Source: a virus (Duplodnaviria; Heunggongvirae; Uroviricota; Caudoviricetes). Taken from it: 64,000 nucleotides of DNA. The stretch lies in IMG/VR virus record IMGVR_UViG_3300009093_000040; one strand, written 5' to 3'. Positions 35,840 through 41,815 of the stretch are shown here, piece by piece. Both the position numbers and the translations under genes were made by a program. Within the stretch, counting starts at the first letter, position 1; every line of letters starts with the position of its first letter. The notes beneath the pieces were generated by a model, which was not told where the DNA came from, ran no database searches, and was given only the letters and a program-made list of their open reading frames with translations.

Positions 35840-36142
35840 ATTTGAAATATTGGTTGAGTGTAGTTACTACAGAAAGTCGGTGAGAAAAAGAATCTGCGAG
35901 ATTTGACCCGATGAAATAGAAACTTTGAACGAAATTCAATTTTGCTCCTGTTGATTGATTTTCTAGTATGTCTTCAGAAGTTGATAAAACTTTCAGGGGT
36001 GGTACCAGATCGAAAAGCACGAAAGTTTAATTGTATTAAGAGTAGTTTAATGAGACTTTCTTAGGATATTTTTTCTGTACGGGAAAAAGAAAATATGCAA
36101 ACGTACACGCGTATTCTACAAAAAACACTCAACCAAACAAAT
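35840..36142 (+). ncRNA. Large structured ncRNA domain (GOLLD/ROOL-like candidate)
   Basis: 12-bp closing helix TTGGTTGAGTGT (35850-61)/ACACTCAACCAA (36125-36) enclosing several hairpins; lies in a phage tRNA array. Family assignment unverified. Confidence 0.55.
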
Positions 36143-36217
36143 TGGTAAATAGCTCAGCCCGGTTAGAGCGCCACGCTGATAACGTGGAGATCGATGGTTC
36201 AAATCCATTTTTACCAA
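36143..36217 (+). tRNA. tRNA-Ile(GAT)
   Basis: CCACG-CTGATAA-CGTGG. Confidence 0.9.
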
Positions 36218-36220
36218 CAT

Positions 36221-36296
36221 TGCGGGATAGAGCAGCGGTCAGCTCGTGTGGCTCATAACCATAAGGTCGGAGGTTCGAATCCTTCTCCCGCTACCA
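36221..36296 (+). tRNA. tRNA-fMet(CAT)-like, CCA encoded
   Basis: Unpaired 1:72, GAGC/GCTC D stem as in initiators, loop CTCATAA; lacks the three anticodon-stem GC pairs. Confidence 0.8.
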
Positions 36297-36298
36297 AT

Positions 36299-36370
36299 TC
36301 CTCCTTAGCTCAGAGGCAGAGCGCCGCCCTGTTAAGGCGAGGGTCGATGTATCGTAATCATCAGGAGGAG
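36299..36370 (+). tRNA. tRNA-Asn(GTT)
   Basis: Loop CTGTTAA; atypical T loop ATCGTAA. Confidence 0.85.
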
Positions 36371-36374
36371 CAAT

Positions 36375-36447
36375 GGCTCGTTAGGGGAGCGGAGTCCCTG
36401 CTACACTGTCACTGTAGAGACCATGGGTTCAAATCCCATACGAGCCG
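36375..36447 (+). tRNA. tRNA-Asp(GTC)
   Basis: CTACA-CTGTCAC-TGTAG, G73. Confidence 0.9.
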
Positions 36448-36452
36448 CATAT

Positions 36453-36525
36453 GCACTGGTAGCTCAATTGGCAGAGCGTTGGTCTCCAAAACCAAAGGTT
36501 GTAGGATCGTTGCCTGCCCGGTGTG
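36453..36525 (+). tRNA. tRNA-Trp(CCA)
   Basis: TTGGT-CTCCAAA-ACCAA; T loop ATCGTTG. Confidence 0.85.
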
Positions 36526-36537
36526 CAAAAAAAAGAA

Positions 36538-36660
36538 ATGATGAAAAATAAAAAAGAAAGTGACGAACCTTTTGAGCGAATTTGCTCGGTTCGTCTAAAG
36601 GTTAGGACGTTAGGTTTTCAACCTAAAAATATGGGTTCGATGTCCCGTACCGAGTACTAA
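36538..36660 (+). CDS. Putative regulatory mini-ORF overlapping tRNA-Glu (MMKNKKESDEPFERIC...)
   Basis: A-rich start context; Glu codons lie in the strand that pairs with tRNA-Glu nt 1-12; runs through the tRNA to TAA. Confidence 0.45.
   Translation: MMKNKKESDEPFERICSVRLKVRTLGFQPKNMGSMSRTEY
36584..36656 (+). tRNA. tRNA-Glu(TTC)
   Basis: TTAGG-TTTTCAA-CCTAA. Confidence 0.85.
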
Positions 36661-36664
36661 AATC

Positions 36665-36738
36665 GCAGGTGACGCATAAGTGGTGGTGCGCCAGCCTTCC
36701 AAGCTGGAATAGATTCGGTTCGATCCCGAATACCTGCA
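36665..36738 (+). tRNA. tRNA-Gly(TCC)
   Basis: CCAGC-CTTCCAA-GCTGG. Confidence 0.9.
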
Positions 36739-36743
36739 CACAT

Positions 36744-36791
36744 GCCGAGTTGAAAGGGAACTCACAGTGGGAGCACTGCCCCTCGGCTCCA
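36744..36791 (+). ncRNA. 48-nt acceptor-stem mini-RNA ending in T-CCA
   Basis: GCCGAG/CTCGGC-TCCA enclosing a CAGTG-GGAG-CACTG hairpin; no T loop or anticodon. Confidence 0.45.
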
Positions 36792-36794
36792 ATT

Positions 36795-36867
36795 GGTTCC
36801 ATGGGTGAGTGGATATAACTCAAGGTCTGCAAAACCTTGTACGCTGGTTCGAATCCAGCTGGGACCT
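36795..36867 (+). tRNA. tRNA-Cys(GCA)
   Basis: AAGGT-CTGCAAA-ACCTT, U73. Confidence 0.9.
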
Positions 36868-36875
36868 CTAGTAAT

Positions 36876-36950
36876 GCGCTCTTAGCTCAGGTGGTTAGTA
36901 GCAGCTCACTCATAATGAGCAGGTCGGTGGTTCAAGTCCATCAGGGCGTA
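36876..36950 (+). tRNA. tRNA with CAT anticodon (elongator Met or Ile2)
   Basis: GCTCA-CTCATAA-TGAGC. Confidence 0.85.
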
Positions 36951-36964
36951 CTGAAAATATAAAT

Positions 36965-37037
36965 GGGTTGTCATGTTCCTTGGCTGGCGAGAATGATTTG
37001 CAATCACTCTGGAAGAGTTCGAAACTCTTACGATCCA
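36965..37037 (+). tRNA. tRNA-Ala(TGC)
   Basis: Loop TTTGCAA; G3.U70 Ala identity pair; weak D arm. Confidence 0.8.
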
Positions 37038-37041
37038 CAAT

Positions 37042-37116
37042 ATCTGCATAGCTCAGTTGGTTCAGAGCGCTTGCCTTACAAGCAAAAGGTCGTTGGTTCG
37101 AATCCAGCTGCGGATA
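37042..37116 (+). tRNA. tRNA-Val(TAC)
   Basis: CTTGC-CTTACAA-GCAAA. Confidence 0.9.
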
Positions 37117-37133
37117 CTTAAAATAAAAACCAC

Positions 37134-37196
37134 ATGCTCCTGATTAGGAAATATAAAATAGTTTTTGCTGTTCTTCGAAAGAGGAAGGGTAGATGA
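37134..37196 (+). CDS. Putative Lys/Arg leader peptide MLLIRKYKIVFAVLRKRKGR
   Basis: 20-aa ORF with 4 Lys and 4 Arg codons (3 AGR), ending 7 nt before tRNA-Lys; A-rich AAAACCAC-ATG start. Confidence 0.55.
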   Translation: MLLIRKYKIVFAVLRKRKGR

Positions 37197-37203
37197 TTTA
37201 TAT

Positions 37204-37275
37204 TCCCTCGTGGCAAACAGGTGTAGGCAGTAGACTTTTAATCTATAGGGTCCGGATCGTTACCGGACGGGGGAA
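37204..37275 (+). tRNA. tRNA-Lys(TTT)
   Basis: GTAGA-CTTTTAA-TCTAT; T loop ATCGTTA. Confidence 0.85.
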
Positions 37276-37281
37276 CTTTAC

Positions 37282-37656
37282 ATGAGTAAGACTAAGAATA
37301 AAAAGCTCGGTATGAATGTTAGTACCGCGAATAATAGATTAAGAAAAAAACTTCTTTTTCATTTTGCTAAACTTTTAGGTTTAGATGATTGTTACAGATG
37401 TCATAAGAAGATAAAAAACCTTGAAGAATTTTCTATAGAGCATAAAGAATCTTGGATGAGTTCTAAAAATTCTTTGGATAAATTTTTTGATTTAGATAAT
37501 ATTGCTTTTTCTCATTTGATTTGTAACATTAAGTTTGAACGGATTAAAACAGGAGTAAAACACCCTTCGCATAGGGCATATAACCAAGGGTGTAGATGTG
37601 ATGGTTGTAAGAATGTAGAAAAAGAACGTAGAAGGAGTCAACGTCAAAATAAATAA
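37282..37656 (+). CDS. HNH endonuclease
   Basis: CYRC...FSIEHKESW...DNIAFSHLICN. Confidence 0.75.
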   Translation: MSKTKNKKLGMNVSTANNRLRKKLLFHFAKLLGLDDCYRCHKKIKNLEEFSIEHKESWMSSKNSLDKFFDLDNIAFSHLICNIKFERIKTGVKHPSHRAYNQGCRCDGCKNVEKERRRSQRQNK

Positions 37657-37662
37657 AATTTT

Positions 37663-37736
37663 GGTTCTATAGCTCAACTGGATAGAGCACCAGCCTTCTA
37701 AGCTGGGGGTTCTTGGTTCGAATCCAAGTAGGATCA
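37663..37736 (+). tRNA. tRNA-Arg(TCT)
   Basis: CCAGC-CTTCTAA-GCTGG. Confidence 0.9.
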
Positions 37737-37757
37737 CAAAAAAAAATAAAAATAAAT

Positions 37758-37788
37758 TTTGTAGTGTAAAAAACTATTTATAGATTTG
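37758..37788 (+). promoter_or_regulatory. Promoter P3 of tRNA block 3
   Basis: TTTG (37758-61)-N19-TAGATTTG (37781-88). Confidence 0.8.
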
Positions 37789-37792
37789 TCGC

Positions 37793-37873
37793 ATGAAAAA
37801 TATTACTTTACATCAATTTCCGTTTCAGTTTCGCCCGGTAGGAGCGAAGGGGAATGGTTGTATCCGGATGTAA
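37793..37873 (+). CDS. Leader peptide 3 (His/Gln/Phe/Pro/Arg sensor) MKNITLHQFPFQFRPVGAKGNGCIRM
   Basis: 26-aa ORF; codons 7-15 read HQFPFQFRP. Confidence 0.85.
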   Translation: MKNITLHQFPFQFRPVGAKGNGCIRM

Positions 37874-37897
37874 ACTAAAGTTTATCAAAGATATTCG

Positions 37898-37932
37898 AAG
37901 CCCCTTCTGAAAAGTTGGGGCTTTTGTTTTTT
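37898..37932 (+). terminator. Attenuator terminator 3
   Basis: AAGCCCC...GGGGCTT then TTGTTTTTT; CCCCTTC (37901-07) can alternatively pair with GAAGGGG (37846-52). Confidence 0.85.
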
Positions 37933-37941
37933 GAAATATTT

Positions 37942-38014
37942 CGAGATGTAGTTCAGTTGGTAGAATACGTGCTTTGGGAGCATGGGGTCGTCGGTTCGAG
38001 TCCGGTCATCTCGA
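37942..38014 (+). tRNA. tRNA-Pro(TGG)
   Basis: CGTGC-TTTGGGA-GCATG, C1-G72. Confidence 0.9.
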
Positions 38015-38017
38015 CTA

Positions 38018-38165
38018 AATTGTTGAAACGGGGTAGCGCCGTTCTTAGCGTAATCGCGTATGGTCCCATTGAGTTGGGGACAATAAGTCCATACGGTAAA
38101 GGCTGTCAAAAATGGGGAAGAGAAATCTTAGTAAGAAGGTTTACCGATGCAAGTTCGGAACAATT
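38018..38165 (+). ncRNA. Unassigned structured RNA (about 150 nt)
   Basis: Closing AATTGTT/AACAATT; internal CGTATGG/CCATACG, TTCTTA/TAAGAA and a CCGA-TGCAAGT-TCGG T-arm-like hairpin. Confidence 0.5.
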
Positions 38166-38171
38166 TAATTT

Positions 38172-38243
38172 GGAGCCATAGCTCAGTAGGTAGAGCAGCA
38201 GACTGAAAATCTGCCCGCACTGGTTCGATTCCAGTTGGTTCCA
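38172..38243 (+). tRNA. tRNA-Phe(GAA)
   Basis: GCAGA-CTGAAAA-TCTGC. Confidence 0.9.
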
Positions 38244-38304
38244 CTTTTATTTTTTTTTTTTGAATCTAAATTATAGATTCAAAATTTATTTTTATTTTTG
38301 TACT

Positions 38305-38703
38305 ATGAAATTATGTACAACATGTAAAATAGAAAAAGACGAAAGTGAGTTTAATAAAAATGAAAGGCAAGGAATTCAAAGTAAGTGTAGGTCTTGTAAC
38401 AGTGAATATCTCAAAAATCATTATAAAAACAACCGAAAATATTACATAGATAAGACAAAAAATAGACGTAAAAGTATAAGAAAATTTATTAATTCTTTGA
38501 AATTAAAATGTGTACGATGCCCTGAAAATCATATAGCTTGTTTAGATTTTCATCATCTATCGGATAAAGATATAAACATTGCTGACCTTGTTAATTCGGG
38601 AGCATCAAAAGAAAAAATATTGCAAGAAATTTCTAAATGTGTTGTTCTTTGTTCAAATTGTCATAGAAAACTTCACTATAATGAAAGAAAAATTGTCTCA
38701 TAG
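38305..38703 (+). CDS. HNH endonuclease
   Basis: CxxC repeats, CLDFHH...ISKCVVLCSNCHRKLHY; ATG 38305 after TATTTTTG; stop lies inside tRNA-Gln. Confidence 0.8.
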   Translation: MKLCTTCKIEKDESEFNKNERQGIQSKCRSCNSEYLKNHYKNNRKYYIDKTKNRRKSIRKFINSLKLKCVRCPENHIACLDFHHLSDKDINIADLVNSGASKEKILQEISKCVVLCSNCHRKLHYNERKIVS

Positions 38704-38765
38704 TGTAAAGGCAACATGTCTGGTTTTGGACCAGAAGATTACAGGTTCGACCCCTGTTGAGATAA
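38694..38765 (+). tRNA. tRNA-Gln(TTG)
   Basis: TCTGG-TTTTGGA-CCAGA. Confidence 0.9.
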
Positions 38766-38767
38766 CT

Positions 38768-38840
38768 GGGGCTTTTCGTCTAATGGTTAGGACGCTTGCT
38801 TGTGGAGCAAGAAATTTCGGTTCGAATCCGTGATAGCCCC
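38768..38840 (+). tRNA. tRNA-His(GTG)
   Basis: G-1/C73, CTTGC-TTGTGGA-GCAAG. Confidence 0.9.
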
Positions 38841-38849
38841 CAGACATAT

Positions 38850-38921
38850 TCCAACGTCGTCTAATGGACAGGACACAGGGCTACGGACCTTGGGGTGGGA
38901 GTTCGATTCTCTCCGATGGAA
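38850..38921 (+). tRNA. tRNA-Arg(ACG)
   Basis: CAGGG-CTACGGA-CCTTG. Confidence 0.9.
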
Positions 38922-39024
38922 CTTATTATCAACAAAACATTAAAATAGTATTTTGTGTGTTAAAACTATTTTTTGACATCAAAAATATTATTATATACAT
39001 TTGGACAATCTTAAACCAACAAGA

Positions 39025-39243
39025 ATGAATTCAAATGCAAATGAGGGTGGCGAAGCTACTGCGGAACAAATCCAAAAACGTAAAGAAGATCAAAAAAATC
39101 AAAAAGCACTAATGGAAGATGCCCTTCCGTTTTTGAGAACTCAAATGGAGTATTTCGAAACACAAGCAAGAATAGATGAGGCAATTGTTCGTAGAGAACG
39201 GGCTAATATAATGCTTGCTGAAATGAAAGCTCCAAAAAAATAA
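39025..39243 (+). CDS. Hypothetical coiled-coil protein
   Basis: ATG 39025 after TACATTTG (38996). Confidence 0.7.
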   Translation: MNSNANEGGEATAEQIQKRKEDQKNQKALMEDALPFLRTQMEYFETQARIDEAIVRRERANIMLAEMKAPKK

Positions 39244-39246
39244 TAA

Positions 39247-39660
39247 ATGGCAAAGACAAAAGTTGTAGATAAAGTTATCCAACAGGATCTTTTTGAAATT
39301 GTAAAATTTCAGATAATGCTTCATTGTCATTTGAATAATGTTATTTTAAATCAAAGTGAACTTAGTTGTCTTACACTTTTGGGTTGTGTTGGTGAGATGC
39401 AGTTAATCACATTTTGTAGATTAGCTGTTGAAAAAGAATTATATACCACACCTACTGCCGTTAACAATTGTTTAGCGCGCGTTGAAAAAAGTAAACTTTT
39501 TATTAAGAAAGGTGGTGGTAAGAAACTTATTTTTCTTAATCCGGAATTAAAAATTCAAACGAAAGGTAACATATTGTTGAACTTAAAGATTGTGAGAGTT
39601 GAAGCCCAAGAAACCAAAGGAGTTAATCAAGGAAACAGCGTTGCGGTTGAACATGCCTGA
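39247..39660 (+). CDS. Hypothetical protein (possible winged HTH)
   Basis: 137-aa ORF at the head of the morphogenesis operon. Confidence 0.65.
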   Translation: MAKTKVVDKVIQQDLFEIVKFQIMLHCHLNNVILNQSELSCLTLLGCVGEMQLITFCRLAVEKELYTTPTAVNNCLARVEKSKLFIKKGGGKKLIFLNPELKIQTKGNILLNLKIVRVEAQETKGVNQGNSVAVEHA

Positions 39661-40051
39661 AGAGGTTGTTAGGGACATTGTGTATTTTTACTGGAAAGAA
39701 GTTAGAAAACAAATGTCTATGTTAGAAGCAGCTCGGGTTTATATTGTTAGATTAGGGTGGTTTGATATAAAGCACTGGCGATTAAAATATACAATAAAGG
39801 ATTATGAGGGCATGCTTTCTCACATTGATGTTACAGAGTCATTGGTTAATGCAAAAAAAGCATCAGAGATTCAGGATAAGCTAACTAACGTTTTAAAAAT
39901 TCAACAAATTGTAGGGCTTGAATTAGAGAAAAAAAAGGATAAAAATGCACAACGAAGAAGAAAAGAAGAAATCATTAGGCAAAGCTTGGAAGAACAGAAA
40001 ACAAATTTGGGAGGGAATCCTGAACTTCCTGATTCGGAATCCGAGAATTGA
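39599..40051 (+). CDS. HU/IHF-like DNA-binding protein
   Basis: KELIKETALRLNMPEEVVRDIV...RVYIVRLGWF. Confidence 0.55.
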   Translation: MKPKKPKELIKETALRLNMPEEVVRDIVYFYWKEVRKQMSMLEAARVYIVRLGWFDIKHWRLKYTIKDYEGMLSHIDVTESLVNAKKASEIQDKLTNVLKIQQIVGLELEKKKDKNAQRRRKEEIIRQSLEEQKTNLGGNPELPDSESEN

Positions 40052-40313
40052 ACGTATAGCCCGGGAGCGTGATAAAATTTGTAAAACAAATGCTTGTGGT
40101 TTGTATGATGCTAAAGGTGAAAAAGAAATATGTTATGTAAAAGGTTCTCCGTGTTGTGGTGGTTGTGGTTGTAAATTATCTTGGAAGCAACGTAGTTTAA
40201 GTTCAACCTGTGGTTTAAAAGATGTAGGTAAATATCCTTTGTGGTTGCCTGTTATGAGTGAAGAAGATGAGGAAAAATTTAGAAAAGAAACAGGTATTAA
40301 AAATGAAATTTAA
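39945..40313 (+). CDS. Cys-rich hypothetical protein
   Basis: CCGGCGC.L..K.RSLSSTC motif. Confidence 0.65.
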   Translation: MHNEEEKKKSLGKAWKNRKQIWEGILNFLIRNPRIERIARERDKICKTNACGLYDAKGEKEICYVKGSPCCGGCGCKLSWKQRSLSSTCGLKDVGKYPLWLPVMSEEDEEKFRKETGIKNEI

Positions 40314-40325
40314 AAAATAAAATAT

Positions 40326-40445
40326 ATGGCAAAAACTAAAAACTCAGTAAAACAATCTGTGGAATGTCTAAAAGATTTTCTTCTACAATTAAAAGTAGAT
40401 AAAACTAAAACAAGCATGCATGCTTCGAAAAGTTATCGTCCATGA
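40326..40445 (+). CDS. Small hypothetical protein (39 aa)
   Basis: Hand-translated; stop overlaps the next ATG. Confidence 0.4.
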   Translation: MAKTKNSVKQSVECLKDFLLQLKVDKTKTSMHASKSYRP

Positions 40446-41275
40446 TTCGTTTCTACCCGGATACACATACTTATGAAAGCATCTCTCCCGAGAAAAGTTT
40501 AAATTGGGTAAGTGTTACTAATTTGGTTTCTCAATTTAAAGAACCTTTTGATGCTGAGATTATGGCAGCAAGATGTTCTAAAAGTAAGAAATCAAAATGG
40601 TTTGGTATGACTCCGGAAGAGATTATTGCTGTTTGGAATGGAGAAGCAGATCGTGCTGTTACTTTAGGTACTTTTTATCATGAAGAGCGTGAAACAGAAA
40701 TAACTTCATGTACTACAATTGAAAGAGAAGGTAGAGCTCTTCCTGTTTTTAAACCGATTGTAGAAAACGGAATTAAAGTTGCTCCAAATCAAATACTTCA
40801 GGAAGGTATTTATCCGGAGCACATGGTTTTTTTAGAATCTAGTGGTATTTGTGGGCAGTCGGATAAGGTTGAAATAATTGATACTTATATTGATATTGAT
40901 GATTATAAAACCAACAAAGAAATTAAAAGAGAGGGTTATCGTGATTGGAGAGGTGTTAGTAAAAAAATGTTAGGACCATTAAATCATTTGGATGATTGTA
41001 ATTTTGTTCACTATGCACTTCAGTTAAGTATTTATGCTTATATGATTCAAAGGCATAATCCTCGCTTAAAAGTTAGAACTTTAAAAATACACCATATTGT
41101 TTTTGAAGAGATTGCTCAGAATGCATATGGTTATCCTATAACAAGAATTGATAGTTATAAAAACCCTGTTGTAAAAAGTGTTGAACCAATTGAAGTTCCT
41201 TATTATAAAAATGAGGTAGTTTGGATGTTGAATTGGTTGGATAAAAATAGAAATAATTTAAGAAAAAAATCTTAA
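40442..41275 (+). CDS. PD-(D/E)xK exonuclease-like protein
   Basis: VSVTNLV, GTFYHE, PEHMVFLESSGICGQSDKV...IDDYKTN, YALQLSIY. Confidence 0.75.
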   Translation: MIRFYPDTHTYESISPEKSLNWVSVTNLVSQFKEPFDAEIMAARCSKSKKSKWFGMTPEEIIAVWNGEADRAVTLGTFYHEERETEITSCTTIEREGRALPVFKPIVENGIKVAPNQILQEGIYPEHMVFLESSGICGQSDKVEIIDTYIDIDDYKTNKEIKREGYRDWRGVSKKMLGPLNHLDDCNFVHYALQLSIYAYMIQRHNPRLKVRTLKIHHIVFEEIAQNAYGYPITRIDSYKNPVVKSVEPIEVPYYKNEVVWMLNWLDKNRNNLRKKS

Positions 41276-41796
41276 TGATTAAATTTATTGAAATACAAAA
41301 CGGTAAAGTTGTTCCTACAGAGCACTGTTATATTCTTAAATTTTTGAGAGATATAATGGAGCACTATGCTGAGAATAAACAATACTTGAAGGTATATGGT
41401 TATTTGTTTTACATGACTTGTATGAATGAAGAATTAAATCCTACATTTCATATGTCTGCAGATGATAAACTTACTTTTTTAGCAAAAGAGCTTGAGATTG
41501 ATTTTTCATTAGAAGATCCTTTGGTTATTCAAGGTATTGAAGAAAGTATAAAATTATTTGATACAGAAACTTCGCGCGCGTATAGAGGATTTAAAACAAT
41601 GCTTGATAACTTATCAACATACATGGAGACAACTAAAGTAAGTGCAGGAAGAGATGGTAATATTAATTCTTTAATAAGTGCTGCTAAAAATTTTGCACCT
41701 ATTAGAGAGTCCTTTAAACGTACTCATGCTGATTTAGAAGCGGAACAAAAGAAGAAAGGTCGAGGTGGACAAAATTTGGCATATGACGCAAAGTAA
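41275..41796 (+). CDS. Hypothetical protein, possible terminase small subunit
   Basis: Position immediately upstream of TerL; ends RGGQNLAYD. Confidence 0.45.
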   Translation: MIKFIEIQNGKVVPTEHCYILKFLRDIMEHYAENKQYLKVYGYLFYMTCMNEELNPTFHMSADDKLTFLAKELEIDFSLEDPLVIQGIEESIKLFDTETSRAYRGFKTMLDNLSTYMETTKVSAGRDGNINSLISAAKNFAPIRESFKRTHADLEAEQKKKGRGGQNLAYDAK

Positions 41797-41815
41797 TTTT
41801 TAAATAAAATAACGA

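Noticed and set aside
36963-37120. ORF running through tRNA-Ala and tRNA-Val
   Set aside because: No codon enrichment upstream of the tRNAs and no alternative pairing; likely incidental.
34612-38833. Track ORFs overlapping the tRNA array (34612, 34797, 35647, 35838, 36194, 36610, 36623, 37492, 37885, 37915, 38579)
   Set aside because: They are chance frames across tRNA or structured RNA genes with no protein-like features.
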